Origin: Spirochaetaceae bacterium
Lineage (GTDB): Bacteria; Spirochaetota; Spirochaetia; DSM-2461
Assembly: GCA_965224705.1 (NCBI GenBank)
Contig: OZ245056.1
Location: 160,001-224,000, forward strand
Direction of reading: 5' to 3'
DNA length: 64,000 nt
Under the pieces are notes generated by a model, which ran no database searches, was not told where the DNA came from, and saw nothing but the letters and a program-made list of their open reading frames with translations. A program made the position numbers and the translations under genes. Shown here in pieces: positions 12,323 to 22,956 of this stretch (position 1 is the first letter of the stretch; every line of letters begins with the position of its first letter).

Positions 12323-14087
12323 TTGCCAGTTCCTCCAGAATTGTGTGGGCATTCGGATCACTACCCATTGATTTTGATTTTAACATGAACCTGATTTCTT
12401 CTTCTATGGATTTGAAATCATCACTTTGCATTTCAGCACCATTATAGTCCAGGAATTTCTGTCGCAGGTGGTAGAACCATTTCCGGGCATCTTCCTTGTC
12501 TTCACAGCTCAATTCGGCTGCCAGAATTTCAATCATCAATGAAAACACCTTGATCTGCCTTTCGGGTGTTACCGCTGCATCGACAGCATCAAATGAATTC
12601 TGCTGAAAATAGACAGAATCGAGGAACTCACCCTTATGAAAAACGATGTAATCTTCCAGACTGGTTCCTTCTTCACCGACAACTTTCATCATCGATTCAA
12701 TTTCTTCGGAACGGGCAAGGATATTATGGGCATATTTTACATGGTGCCCTGGCATGATTCCCCTGTACTTGCTCCAGGATTCGGTTGGATGTATTGCGGG
12801 ATACTTTCTGGCATCTGACCGCTCACGGGATAATCCATGGAAGGCACCGACAACTTTCAAAGTGGCCTGAGTTACCGGTTCTTCAAAGTTTCCGCCAGCC
12901 GGGCTCACAGTACCGCCAATGGTAACCGATCCCGTACACCCGTCTTTCAAACGTACGATTCCTGCCCTCTCATAAAAAGCCGCGATGCTCGATTCCAGGT
13001 AGGCAGGGAAGGCTTCCTCTCCGGGGATTTCTTCCAGCCGACCGGACATTTCCCTCATGGCCTGGGCCCATCGGCTGGTTGAATCGGCCAGCAGAAGAAC
13101 ATCCAATCCCATCTGACGGTAATACTCACCAAGGGTTACAGCTGTGTAAACTGAAGCCTCACGGGAAGCCACCGGCATGGATGATGTATTGCATATTATG
13201 ATCGTTCTCTCCATCAGCGATCGGCCCGTCTTCGGATCAAGCAGTTCCGGGAATTCCCTGAGAGTTTCAACAACCTCCCCTGCCCGCTCACCACAGGCAG
13301 CTATGATAACAATATCCACCTCCGCATGACGGCTGGTAATCTGCTGTAATACTGTTTTCCCTGCTCCAAAAGGGCCGGGTATGCAGTATGTCCCACCCTT
13401 GGCCACAGGGAAGAACGTGTCCATCAGCCGAATTTTTGAGACCATGGGTTCAACCGGCTTCAAGCGCTCTTCAAATAGTTTAACCGGCCTTTTTACCGGC
13501 CATTCAAAGGACATGGTGAACTTCAACTGGTTCCCATGGGAATCAGCAGCCTCAGCAATTTCTTCCTGAACAGTGTATTCTCCTGCCGGTTCAATGCGGG
13601 TTATGGTATACTCGTCCATTTTGCCGAAAGGAACCATAATCCTGTGCTTGAATGATTCTTCAAGCACTATACCCAGGCAGTCCCCGGCTCCGACAACATC
13701 GCCAACCTGAACCTGAGGATCAAAGCTCCATTTCCTGTTCCTATCCAGAGCATCAAGGTAGACACCTCTTTCCAGAAAGAAACCTGCTTTCTCAGCTAAT
13801 TGCGGCAGTGGATTTTGCAAGCCATCGTAAACCTGTCCAAGAAGTCCAGGACCCAGTTCAACAGCCAGCATCTCACCGGAGAACTCCACCCTGTCTCCAA
13901 TGCCGATACCTTTGGTAATTTCAAAGACCTGCACCTGGACGACATCGCCCCGGATCCTGATTACCTCGGATTTAAGATGTTTATCGCCTGCTATAATGTA
14001 CCCCACTTCATTCATGATAACATTGCCATCTGAACGGACGGACACCATGTTCCCATTGATACCGATTACTGTACCTGTTGTATTCAT
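12315..14087 (-). CDS. ntpA: V-type ATP synthase subunit A
   Basis: GPFGAGKT P-loop, [20 protein letters not shown] and DSTSRWAQA motifs. Confidence 0.98.
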   Translation of the reverse strand: MNTTGTVIGINGNMVSVRSDGNVIMNEVGYIIAGDKHLKSEVIRIRGDVVQVQVFEITKGIGIGDRVEFSGEMLAVELGPGLLGQVYDGLQNPLPQLAEKAGFFLERGVYLDALDRNRKWSFDPQVQVGDVVGAGDCLGIVLEESFKHRIMVPFGKMDEYTITRIEPAGEYTVQEEIAEAADSHGNQLKFTMSFEWPVKRPVKLFEERLKPVEPMVSKIRLMDTFFPVAKGGTYCIPGPFGAGKTVLQQITSRHAEVDIVIIAACGERAGEVVETLREFPELLDPKTGRSLMERTIIICNTSSMPVASREASVYTAVTLGEYYRQMGLDVLLLADSTSRWAQAMREMSGRLEEIPGEEAFPAYLESSIAAFYERAGIVRLKDGCTGSVTIGGTVSPAGGNFEEPVTQATLKVVGAFHGLSRERSDARKYPAIHPTESWSKYRGIMPGHHVKYAHNILARSEEIESMMKVVGEEGTSLEDYIVFHKGEFLDSVYFQQNSFDAVDAAVTPERQIKVFSLMIEILAAELSCEDKEDARKWFYHLRQKFLDYNGAEMQSDDFKSIEEEIRFMLKSKSMGSDPNAHTILEELASE

Positions 14088-14632
14088 TCTTGACTCCCCT
14101 CTGAAGCCCTCAGCACACGTTCCTGTATACTGTGGAAATTTTCTGAACCTCGCTCCATATCGAACATTTCCCGCCTTTCCAGTAGAAGCAGTTTCAATCT
14201 ATATCCACGGAGAAATTCCATATCAAAACTATGTCCGCAAACCAGTTCGTCAATTTTCAACCACCGTTGATTATTGAGATAAGTTTCAGCTTCCAGCGGA
14301 TTGGATTTTGACATGGCTTCACCGGCGATCCTGCGAGTATCAGATTCTGCGCTGGCTTCCCGCAGATAGGAGCTGATATCCGTTTCAGATTCTACCCCTC
14401 GAAGTATGGCCAATTCATTCCTCAAACTTCTATCCCACATACGGAACCTCCGGGAAAGTCCCCTGGAAGCAGTTCCCTCAGGGTTGAGGTTTCCGCAAAG
14501 CAACTCTTCATAATCAACGGGTTTCAGCATACGTTCACACAGTTCCAGCAGATCTGAACTTTTTAAAGGTGGAGGTTGATCAGAACTGGCAAGAAATGGA
14601 AGAGAAGCAGCTATGTAGTAGAATACTGACAA
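14084..14632 (-). CDS. DUF2764-family protein (putative V-ATPase subunit C equivalent)
   Basis: YYIAASLP N-terminus, DRSLRNELA and HSFD...YRLKLLLLER motifs; lies between subunits E and A. Confidence 0.8.
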   Translation of the reverse strand: MSVFYYIAASLPFLASSDQPPPLKSSDLLELCERMLKPVDYEELLCGNLNPEGTASRGLSRRFRMWDRSLRNELAILRGVESETDISSYLREASAESDTRRIAGEAMSKSNPLEAETYLNNQRWLKIDELVCGHSFDMEFLRGYRLKLLLLERREMFDMERGSENFHSIQERVLRASEGSQE

Positions 14633-14635
14633 GTC

Positions 14636-15241
14636 CTACTCCTGGTCGGAAATGATTTTTACAAGCTGCGGGTTTAGAAAACGAGACAGCATTTCCACAA
14701 TCTCCTGATCTGAAAAATCATAGAACATCGACCCATTTTTTATCGACACCCGAAATCCTGCATCCAATCCTTTGACAGGTGCAATTTTCATGCCTTTTTT
14801 GAATTCATCAACCATTGCACCACGTAATCCAGGTTCAATTAAGGCAAATTGATTTTCAGGAATCTGCACTTCTACACCGCTTAGACTCTCAATTGCCAGA
14901 CTTCGTATTGTCTCCATGACAGCCTGGGATAGAAGCTCCGGATTCAGGGAATCGGTAACGGAAGATTTAACTATCCTGTTGAACATGTCTTCAATACTGG
15001 AACGTACTGTCAGCAGCAGATCCCTGCCGGCATGCCTCAGAGCTTCTGTGCCGCTCCGTTCGGTTTTTTCAGCTTCTACCCCTGCCACTTTTTGAATTCG
15101 GCGGGCTTCTATCTCTGCCTTGCTGACAATGTCTGCGGCCTGTTTCTGTGCATCGACAATGATACGGGATGCTTCATCCTCAGCACTTCTAATACCATCA
15201 TTTTTAATTTTTTCGATCAATTCATTTAATTGAACATCCAT
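14636..15241 (-). CDS. ntpE: V-type ATP synthase subunit E
   Basis: LNELIEKIKNDGI...A-rich coiled coil, GFRV...YDFSD C-terminus; first gene of the operon. Confidence 0.92.
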   Translation of the reverse strand: MDVQLNELIEKIKNDGIRSAEDEASRIIVDAQKQAADIVSKAEIEARRIQKVAGVEAEKTERSGTEALRHAGRDLLLTVRSSIEDMFNRIVKSSVTDSLNPELLSQAVMETIRSLAIESLSGVEVQIPENQFALIEPGLRGAMVDEFKKGMKIAPVKGLDAGFRVSIKNGSMFYDFSDQEIVEMLSRFLNPQLVKIISDQE

Positions 15242-15256
15242 GTTTTCTTCCTTTAC

Positions 15257-15670
15257 TTACTCAATACTTGCCGAACCTATGCGGAAATCACCTGTAATCT
15301 TCAACAGATGTCTGTCCCGTTCCAGTTTCAATGCCCTGTCGGGAAAGAATTCCGATAGTTTTAACCGTACCAGTTCTTCCGTATCTTTCTCAATATCATT
15401 CTTCACCGTTTCCGGGATGTGATCCAGCGTGGACATGCGAATTCTGACAATGTAGCCGCGTCCAAGTTCACTTCCATAACCTGCCGAGAAATCAGCTCCT
15501 ACATTAAACAGTCCATCCATCTCCTTGTTAGCTGTAATCCCGCGTCTGGATCTATTGGGATGAAGATTGAACAAGCCTCCATACTTGTTTTCCAGCCAGT
15601 CATCGACATCATCGAACATCTTCTTGATTTGATGTTCCCACTCCAAAATCCCTGGATGCCTCATTCTCAA
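15257..15670 (-). CDS. Hypothetical protein
   Basis: 137 aa ORF tightly packed in the minus-strand gene run upstream of the V-ATPase. Confidence 0.7.
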   Translation of the reverse strand: MRMRHPGILEWEHQIKKMFDDVDDWLENKYGGLFNLHPNRSRRGITANKEMDGLFNVGADFSAGYGSELGRGYIVRIRMSTLDHIPETVKNDIEKDTEELVRLKLSEFFPDRALKLERDRHLLKITGDFRIGSASIE

Positions 15671-16333
15671 TTACCATGCTATCTGCCATGAATTCAATTC
15701 ATCAGAAAAAACAAGATCTGTTAATGACTGAATGAATACACCGGTAGTCCCCTGAATATCCCCCCCGACAATCTTCACCGGTTTGCCCGGTGGTTTGATT
15801 CTCAGCACAAAGTTGGATTCGCCGATAAGATCAACCAGAATCTTTCGGGTTTCTTCATTCAATCCCCTGGAATAATCCGGGAGAACAATCTCAAGAGATC
15901 CTGAATCTGTATTTCCCTCGATTTTTACATCCCAGTCAAGGAAGCTCATCAGACTCTCAACAGATACAGCATGCAGTTTAACGGTGATTCTGTCTCTTCC
16001 ATCCGATATTCGACGAAAACGGTAGCGGACCAGTTTGACTCCTTCATTGCGAATTGTTTGAAGCATAAAGTCTTTTTCAGTAAGGAGCAAGGGCCAGGGA
16101 TCGTCAGCACCGAATCCACGGCCAAATTCTGCGATATCTGAATCCAGGAAATACTTGAGAATCACATCGACCTCACCACTTTTTCGCATATTCATCTCAG
16201 TTTCCATGTCCAGACAGGATACAAAAGTTGTCATTCCAACAATACAGAACACTGCATACAGGGAATGCAGCTTAAATCGAGGATTCAAATTCATCGAATC
16301 ATAATAACTGTATATATTGATGCGGGTAAACAC
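15671..16333 (-). CDS. Hypothetical lipoprotein (LppM-like)
   Basis: Hydrophobic stretch ending in FVSC (lipobox-like). True start may lie downstream of 16333. Confidence 0.6.
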   Translation of the reverse strand: MFTRINIYSYYDSMNLNPRFKLHSLYAVFCIVGMTTFVSCLDMETEMNMRKSGEVDVILKYFLDSDIAEFGRGFGADDPWPLLLTEKDFMLQTIRNEGVKLVRYRFRRISDGRDRITVKLHAVSVESLMSFLDWDVKIEGNTDSGSLEIVLPDYSRGLNEETRKILVDLIGESNFVLRIKPPGKPVKIVGGDIQGTTGVFIQSLTDLVFSDELNSWQIAW

Positions 16334-16339
16334 ACAGAA

Positions 16340-17254
16340 TCATTGACCTTCGAGATTTTTCCTCAGCTCACGGTGGATTTTGATGTAATTATCATACCGA
16401 TCCGGATGGATCAGTCCCTGTTCTACTCCAGCAATGACAGCGCAGTCTGGTTCATGCTGATGCATACAGGGCTGGAAACGACATCCCGGGTCAAGTCTGG
16501 CTATTTCCGGGAACCTGTATGCAAAATCAGTCGGTGAAATCCCATGAATGGCCAGGTCACGCACTCCAGGACTGTCAATGAGTCTTCCTCCCCAGGGAGT
16601 ATCAATGAGTTGAGCAAAGTTAGTCATATGTCTGCCTCGATTGTACTTTCTGGAAATCTCCCGGGTTGGCAGATCAAGTCCGGGAAGGAGGCGGTTGATT
16701 GTTGACGATTTACCCGTCCCTGAAGGACCAAAGAAAACGACGGTTCTGGTAGAAAGACTCCTCTTTAAATCATCAATACCCTCGCCTGTTCTGGCCGAGC
16801 AGCGGAACACCTCTATACCAATACCTGTCCATGCAGCTATCCTTTCCTCAATCCAGGGCTGAATTCCAAGATCAGTTTTGCTGATCAGGATCGCAACAGG
16901 AACATTCCAATCATAAGTCGAAATGAGAACACGGTCGATGAAACGCGGGTTGAAAGATGGTGATTCAACAGAGCTCAAAACAAGAATCAGATCGGGATTA
17001 GCCGCAATGGTCTGCCAGACTTCCCTCTTCCTGTTCCAGCGGGAAAACTGACTATGTCTGTCAAGTCGTTGAGAAACCAGTCCCCTGCCTGGATCGGTCA
17101 ATGAAAACTCTACGCGGTCTCCAGGGGCCAGGGGATTATAGACTTCCTCTTCGTCTGGGAGAATTTTTCCTTTGATTCGACATTCAGAGTAGTTGCCGTC
17201 CGAATCTTTCACCCGGTAAATATTATTAATTCCCCAGTAGACAGTTCCCGTCAT
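16340..17254 (-). CDS. rsgA: Ribosome small subunit-dependent GTPase A
   Basis: OB-fold N-terminus, circularly permuted GTPase motifs (SKTD, GPSGTGKSS, GRHMT, DSPG), zinc finger CRFQPCMHQHEPDC. Confidence 0.97.
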   Translation of the reverse strand: MTGTVYWGINNIYRVKDSDGNYSECRIKGKILPDEEEVYNPLAPGDRVEFSLTDPGRGLVSQRLDRHSQFSRWNRKREVWQTIAANPDLILVLSSVESPSFNPRFIDRVLISTYDWNVPVAILISKTDLGIQPWIEERIAAWTGIGIEVFRCSARTGEGIDDLKRSLSTRTVVFFGPSGTGKSSTINRLLPGLDLPTREISRKYNRGRHMTNFAQLIDTPWGGRLIDSPGVRDLAIHGISPTDFAYRFPEIARLDPGCRFQPCMHQHEPDCAVIAGVEQGLIHPDRYDNYIKIHRELRKNLEGQ

Positions 17255-18039
17255 TCAAGAACTCCTGCCCACTCCAGTCCGGCACGATGGGCGAAACGCT
17301 GATAACGATTATCCCTGCGTCCGCCCCTTGTAATATGAAACACTCCTCCATCAGGATGTATGGAACTGGTATCGATCAGGGAAAGAACTCTCCGGCCCAC
17401 ACCATCCATGGAATCAATCACTCTGATCGGGTTCATCTGCTCTTCAATGATCTGCAGGACATGGAGAAAATGTGTGCAGCCGATAACAAGTGATTCAATA
17501 CCGGCCTCTTTTAAAATAGTCAACCCTCTCTGCATCACCTGCCGGGCACCCTGGCTCCCATCATCAAGCCAGTTCTCTTCAACATACCGGACAATATCTC
17601 CGGCTGCTACTTTTACAATCTTTCTGTTGGCCGCGAATGACTCCACCAGCCTGTCCACGTAGGTGGAATTGATTGTTCCCTGAGTTGCCAGTAACCCAAT
17701 CGGCCGTGAACTGCAGCTTTCAGCCGCAGTTTTTAAAGCCGGAACAGTGCCAACAACCGGACAGGGGGCAATTTTCCGGATATCGTCCAGTGCAATGACA
17801 GATGCAGTATTGCATACAATGACCAGAATTTCCGGAGAAAGCCTTGAGAAAACAAGCTTTGCCGCAGAAAGTACGGCCTGCCTCACCTGATTTTCCTCTA
17901 ACTCTCCATAGGGGAAATTACCTGTGTCGGCCAGATATGATACTGACAGTTCCGGGTTTCTCTCCTTCACCCATACAAGGTAGGGCAGGCCTCCTATACC
18001 AGAATCAAGGAAGACAATGGAAGTTTTAATCATCACCAA
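17251..18039 (-). CDS. murI: Glutamate racemase
   Basis: DSGIGG, FPYG, VCNTAS and GCTHF motifs. Confidence 0.97.
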   Translation of the reverse strand: MVMIKTSIVFLDSGIGGLPYLVWVKERNPELSVSYLADTGNFPYGELEENQVRQAVLSAAKLVFSRLSPEILVIVCNTASVIALDDIRKIAPCPVVGTVPALKTAAESCSSRPIGLLATQGTINSTYVDRLVESFAANRKIVKVAAGDIVRYVEENWLDDGSQGARQVMQRGLTILKEAGIESLVIGCTHFLHVLQIIEEQMNPIRVIDSMDGVGRRVLSLIDTSSIHPDGGVFHITRGGRRDNRYQRFAHRAGLEWAGVLE

Positions 18040-18310
18040 AAAGGGAGGAAAACGCCTGTCTGGCTGCGGTATCCCTGCTGTCGGTTTGAACAGATTTCAC
18101 TTCTGCTGCCGGTGTAAACCAGTCGCAGAAATTGCTTCTGTCTTTTTCAGTGACAGGTTCACTCACAGGTTCACGGCAGTCATTGGCCATTCCCGGTGCA
18201 AAATGCTCGCAGTTTCGACAGGTTTTCAGTTCTTTTCCACAGCTGGAGCAGACAGTATTTTTGTAAATGGGGGCGGCATAGACCTGATGACAATGATTGC
18301 AGGCTGGCAT
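18026..18310 (-). CDS. Small cysteine-rich (zinc-binding) hypothetical protein
   Basis: CxxC x3 plus NFCDWF motif and C-terminal FSSLF; overlaps the murI start. Confidence 0.8.
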   Translation of the reverse strand: MPACNHCHQVYAAPIYKNTVCSSCGKELKTCRNCEHFAPGMANDCREPVSEPVTEKDRSNFCDWFTPAAEVKSVQTDSRDTAARQAFSSLFGDD

Positions 18311-18493
18311 GGCATTATTCTAGCGCATGGTTTATTTCATATCAATGATCGGATGCAGAAATCAGGGAGAAGAGCTTTAATTCCGGGCTGGTTTCTTCCC
18401 TGGCGAACTCCATGCAGACGGTTTCCAGTCCGTCAGATAACGGATGGCCTCGGGATGTTTTTTTAATGAGTTTTTCTGCGAAGATCAAACCTT

Positions 18494-18605
18494 TTCGGAG
18501 TGTCAGCAAGCTTGTTGAATTCTCACTTTTTTAGGTTCTAAGTTATCAAAACAGTCGCATTAAAGGAATATCTTTCTAATTTAACAAGCTTGCTGACACT
18601 CTGAA
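18494..18605. repeat. 112-bp element bounded by 28-bp imperfect inverted repeats (MITE-like)
   Basis: TTCGGAGTGTCAGCAAGCTTGTTGAATT (18494-18521) versus AATTTAACAAGCTTGCTGACACTCTGAA (18578-18605): 26/28 complementary, AT-rich spacer. Confidence 0.8.
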
Positions 18606-18707
18606 ATCCTTTACACTGTTCATCTTTTCTGAGGTAGTCACTATAATACCGTCCAGGGTTCACCGCCCGGATGTATAAAGGCATAAACAAATGATGGAGG
18701 TGCTGGA

Positions 18708-20891
18708 TTGGCCTATGATATGAGTTTTGCGGTTGACGGGATGACCTGTGCATCCTGTGTCCGTGTGGTTGAAAAGGAAATAAACAAAGTCCCCGGAGTA
18801 GAATATGTTTCAGTCAGTCTTACCGATGGCAAGACCTACGTTGTGACTGAAGCAGAACCTGACTGGGCCAGTTTTGCTGCTGCCGTTGAAAAAGCAGGTT
18901 ACATTCCTCTGGAGGTTGTACCATCCGAGGACGAAAGCGAGGCGATGTTCAAGAAAGCAAGGCGCCGTGTCCTCATTGCATGGACTGTGGCCCTGCCGGC
19001 CGTTTTCTTGATGATACTCCACATGAGTGGTATTGAACTGACATGGCTGCCCCTCGCAGAAGTTCTGGCAGGCGTTCTCGTCCTGTTTGGACCGGGACGG
19101 GGCATCCTGAAAGGAGCATGGACTGCTATTACTCACCGCCATGCCAACATGGATGTTCTGGTGAGTGTGGGAACTACGGCGGCATGGAGTACCGCTGTTA
19201 TGGCCCTGGCGGATTTCCCAATCTGGTCGTTCGGTGCCATGGCTCCATTGCTGCCGGCCTTCCATCTGACCGGTCGGCTGGTTGAGGAGCGTCTTCGCAG
19301 AAAGGCAGGAGCCAGTTTAAGGGAACTTACCTCCTCTGATGTCGCCAGAGTAACGGTAATCGGCCAGGGCAAAATCAATGAACTGCCAGTTGAGGCTGTC
19401 AAGGTTGGCATGACTATTCGGATTCGAACCGGCGAAAGAATTCCCCTGGATGGCAGAATAACTTCCGGCAGCGGATCTGTTGTCGAGTCCATGATTACAG
19501 GCGAACCTCTTCCGGCAGCCAGAGCAGTCGGGGATGAAGTTGTGGGGGGAACTGTTCTGGAAAATGGTTATCTGGAAGTTAAGGTGACCAGAACCGGAAA
19601 AGACTCATTTCTAGCCCGTATGCTTACCCTGGTAGAGCAGGCCCAGGGGGGGCAATTCCCGCTTCAAGCCCTGGCTGATCACATTTCAGGAGTATTCGTA
19701 CCTGTCGTATTGAGTCTGACAGTTCCAACCTTTGCCGCCTGGGTGTTTTTCTATGAGAATCTCAATCCGCTGCTGCACAGATTTTCTGAAGTTCTTCCCT
19801 GGCTTCCAGTGGATGCCGGTCCCTGGACAACGGCCGTGTTTGCTTCGATTTCCATGCTGGTCGTGGCATGCCCCTGTGCCCTGGGGCTTGCCACCCCGAT
19901 GGCGGTCAGTGTTGGAAGTGGATTGGCTGCACGGCGCGGGCTCCTTTTGAAGGGAGGTGAGGCCCTTCAAACCTCCGGAAAACTGGACATTCTGGTTTTC
20001 GATAAAACAGGGACTCTGACGGAGGGTAAACCCACTGTCATTTCATCAACTCTCAATGATGAAGACAGGCAGGCCGCGGCACTGCTGGAAACCCACTCCG
20101 TCCATCCCCTGGCTCATGCTATTGTGAACTGGGCAAACTCAGGGGATGTCAATCCTTCATCCACTGTGGAGGAAGTAAAAGAAATCGCTGGCGAGGGTAT
20201 ATCTGGCTTGATTGGGGGAATTCATTATTCAATTGGTCGCCCCGGGAATCAAAATTCTGTCTCTGGTAAAACAGGAACGGCGGTTGAAGTTCTTAGAGAA
20301 GGAAAAACTGTCGGCCACATAGTTCTGAATGATGAAATCAAAGCTGAAGCAGCGGATTCCATAAAGATGCTCACCAAACGAGGAGTACAGCCTGTCATGG
20401 CTACGGGTGATGGTCTTGAAATTGCACTGGAAGTCGCTCGAAAAACAGGCATTCCACGTGAGAATACCCATGCTTCTTTAAAACCTGAAGACAAATTGCG
20501 CATTGTTCAATCCTTTCAGAAACAGGGACTGCGAGTCGGCATGGTTGGTGATGGAATCAATGATGCGGCAGGATTAAAGGCCGCAGATGTAGGATTTGCC
20601 CTTGCCCAGGGCACGGATCTTTCCATGGAAGCCGGGGATATCATAATCACTCGGGGAGGTTTGGAGCGAATTACAGAAGCTCTGGATCTCTCGAGTTTAC
20701 TCGTGAAAAAGATTAAGGGTAATTTATTTTGGGCATTTGCATACAACCTAATCGCCATACCAGCGGCAGCCTTTTCATTCATTCATCCCCTGGTAGCAGA
20801 AACAGCAATGAGTTTAAGCTCCATCGGAGTTATTCTCAATTCTCTGGGAATACGGTATCATTATGAGAAGATAAGGAGATTGAACAGATGA
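18708..20891 (+). CDS. copA: Cu(I)-translocating P1B-type ATPase
   Basis: GMTCASC metal-binding domain, TGEP, CPC, DKTGT, HP, GDGIND, AYN and MSLSS motifs; GGAGG RBS before the TTG start. Confidence 0.93.
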   Translation: MAYDMSFAVDGMTCASCVRVVEKEINKVPGVEYVSVSLTDGKTYVVTEAEPDWASFAAAVEKAGYIPLEVVPSEDESEAMFKKARRRVLIAWTVALPAVFLMILHMSGIELTWLPLAEVLAGVLVLFGPGRGILKGAWTAITHRHANMDVLVSVGTTAAWSTAVMALADFPIWSFGAMAPLLPAFHLTGRLVEERLRRKAGASLRELTSSDVARVTVIGQGKINELPVEAVKVGMTIRIRTGERIPLDGRITSGSGSVVESMITGEPLPAARAVGDEVVGGTVLENGYLEVKVTRTGKDSFLARMLTLVEQAQGGQFPLQALADHISGVFVPVVLSLTVPTFAAWVFFYENLNPLLHRFSEVLPWLPVDAGPWTTAVFASISMLVVACPCALGLATPMAVSVGSGLAARRGLLLKGGEALQTSGKLDILVFDKTGTLTEGKPTVISSTLNDEDRQAAALLETHSVHPLAHAIVNWANSGDVNPSSTVEEVKEIAGEGISGLIGGIHYSIGRPGNQNSVSGKTGTAVEVLREGKTVGHIVLNDEIKAEAADSIKMLTKRGVQPVMATGDGLEIALEVARKTGIPRENTHASLKPEDKLRIVQSFQKQGLRVGMVGDGINDAAGLKAADVGFALAQGTDLSMEAGDIIITRGGLERITEALDLSSLLVKKIKGNLFWAFAYNLIAIPAAAFSFIHPLVAETAMSLSSIGVILNSLGIRYHYEKIRRLNR

Positions 20892-21091
20892 AGAGTTATG
20901 AATTCGAAGTAAGTGGAATGAACTGTGGTCATTGTCAGACCAGAGTGGAAACAGCTTTAAAACCTTTAGCCCGGTCGGTCCGTGTCAATCTGGATACCGG
21001 TATAGCGGTTGTTGAGAGTGACAAACCTCATGGAGAACTTTTATCAGCATTGGAAAAAGCCGGATATCCGGGCAGACTTCATCGAAACTGA
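20888..21091 (+). CDS. copZ: Heavy-metal-associated (CopZ-like) chaperone
   Basis: 67 aa, GMNCGHC motif, C-terminal AGY; ATGA overlap with copA. Confidence 0.88.
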   Translation: MKSYEFEVSGMNCGHCQTRVETALKPLARSVRVNLDTGIAVVESDKPHGELLSALEKAGYPGRLHRN

Positions 21092-21095
21092 TATT

Positions 21096-21848
21096 GTGTT
21101 TAAATTCAGATTCCTGAGCCTTCTCATTATTTTCCTTAGTTTCTCCGGCCTTCCTCTGTCAGCAGATACTGTCGATAACGAAGAGAGACATGCTTATGAC
21201 ACCGGTCTCCTCCTTTTTGACCGAGCTCGCATCCGATACTGGTCGGCCGAGGGAACCCACATAGGCAGCCTTGGATTATTGAAAAGGGCAATTCAATCAC
21301 TTGAGTATATTGCAGATCCGGTTGTTCGATACTCCTTGTTGGCCGATATCGAATTATACAGGGGTAGAATGATGCTGGAGATTGAGAGCAGGTCAAAAGC
21401 CAGACCATATTTTCTGGAGGCAATAAAACTGGCCAATATGTCTTCCAGGCATCAGGAAACAGCAGAGGCCAATCGTGTTCGAGCGGAGGCCGGGTATGCC
21501 TGGCTGTATTCCAGAAGAATATGGCGGCGATCCTCTATTTCAAAAGCAATCAGTCGATGGAGCAGCCAGGCCCTCCATCTGGAGCCAGAAAACCCGACGG
21601 CTCAAATCATCCAGATAAAGGTAGAACTCCGCAAGACCAGAAAGGGAAGTGCCGCACTCAACGATTTTCGCCAGCGCCTTGAGGCATTGGAATCCAGTGA
21701 AGAACTCGATGCGATTCTGCTTTTCCGCACACGTCTCCTACTTTCGGAAGTTTACCGGAAACTACGTGATAAAGATAACTCAAGGAAATGGTGTACTCAG
21801 GCTGCACTGATATTTCCAAAGAACCCTGCTGTGAAAAAATGCAATTGA
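21096..21848 (+). CDS. Exported TPR-like helical protein
   Basis: Signal peptide follows in-frame GTG at 21096 (the ORF track starts at 21009, inside copZ); TPR-like motifs ALHLEPENP and ALIFPKNP. Confidence 0.65.
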   Translation: MFKFRFLSLLIIFLSFSGLPLSADTVDNEERHAYDTGLLLFDRARIRYWSAEGTHIGSLGLLKRAIQSLEYIADPVVRYSLLADIELYRGRMMLEIESRSKARPYFLEAIKLANMSSRHQETAEANRVRAEAGYAWLYSRRIWRRSSISKAISRWSSQALHLEPENPTAQIIQIKVELRKTRKGSAALNDFRQRLEALESSEELDAILLFRTRLLLSEVYRKLRDKDNSRKWCTQAALIFPKNPAVKKCN

Positions 21849-21853
21849 TGCGA

Positions 21854-22933
21854 CTAAAACCGATACCCGAAACCCAGGTTGAAAACGATGTCCGGTCCCT
21901 CCCAGGTTATGGGATCCTCCTCGACATAGAATTGCCACTCGAATCGACCATGCCGTCCCTTAATCCCAACTTTGAGATCGGTCTGGATCAGGGAGAATTG
22001 ATGGACGACACCATAAGGTTCATGTAGATATTTGTCTGGACTGTATATAGCCGATGTCTGTAAATTCATCTGGAGAACCAGAGATATTCCACGGCTGACA
22101 CGAAACTCAATTGCCGGTATGAACTGAACCATAACTTTAGCCATACCATCAAAGGGGAAAATTACACCGGCGTTCCCATAAAAAGCCCATCGCTTCCATG
22201 GTCTCCAGTCGGCAAGAATTTCAAATGCAATATCGGGATTATTCGACCCAAAACCTTTGCTTCTCAAGCCTGTAGGGATTTTAAAGGCTGCCCCCAGGGC
22301 CAGAGCAAAGTTCTGCCGCTGTATCAGCGTCCACACCGATCTAAGATCTGTATCTCCAGATGCGACTGCTGCACCGCTTCCTGCATAATTAAAACCCGCA
22401 ACACTTTCAATATTCCACTGTACCCGGTTCACATCAAAGTATTGCCTTCCAGCATTGGCAACACCCAGAAAAGAATGAAAACCCTCAATAATTGAATCCA
22501 GGAATCCTCCATGGAGGAAATGGAGCCGCCAATCAAGGCTCATCCGGAACCCTGGATCGAATTGCCAGTCCATGCCAATCTCCAGAACAAAACTCTCATA
22601 ATCCAGGGCAGTGAATTCATTCTGCTGCTCAGTTGTAAGCTTATTGCTGCCAAGTTCTTCTAACTTGTCATTATCCAGTGACGAAGTAGCAAAATCATTG
22701 ACGTAGTAAAATGCCGTCCGTATTACTCTGGTTTGATGCGGCAGAGAAGCAGCTCTATCGGCAGGGAAACTGAACCATGGAAGATGCAGCAGGTAAATAT
22801 TGCGGCCTCCCAGGGGGCCAAGAGCTGGCTCATTCCCCGGGGGAACAGCATATGCTCTCAATAGAGTTCCTGAGAGAAGAAGCAGGGAAACTGTGAATAC
22901 TCTGCATATGAATTTATACAAGTGCGGTTCCAT
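21854..22933 (-). CDS. DUF3187-like outer-membrane protein
   Basis: Signal peptide, GGFLDSIIEGFHSFLG motif, K(I)PTG, C-terminal aromatic beta signal GFGYRF. Confidence 0.75.
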   Translation of the reverse strand: MEPHLYKFICRVFTVSLLLLSGTLLRAYAVPPGNEPALGPLGGRNIYLLHLPWFSFPADRAASLPHQTRVIRTAFYYVNDFATSSLDNDKLEELGSNKLTTEQQNEFTALDYESFVLEIGMDWQFDPGFRMSLDWRLHFLHGGFLDSIIEGFHSFLGVANAGRQYFDVNRVQWNIESVAGFNYAGSGAAVASGDTDLRSVWTLIQRQNFALALGAAFKIPTGLRSKGFGSNNPDIAFEILADWRPWKRWAFYGNAGVIFPFDGMAKVMVQFIPAIEFRVSRGISLVLQMNLQTSAIYSPDKYLHEPYGVVHQFSLIQTDLKVGIKGRHGRFEWQFYVEEDPITWEGPDIVFNLGFGYRF

Positions 22934-22956
22934 TACTCATAGCAAGGCAGCATCCA

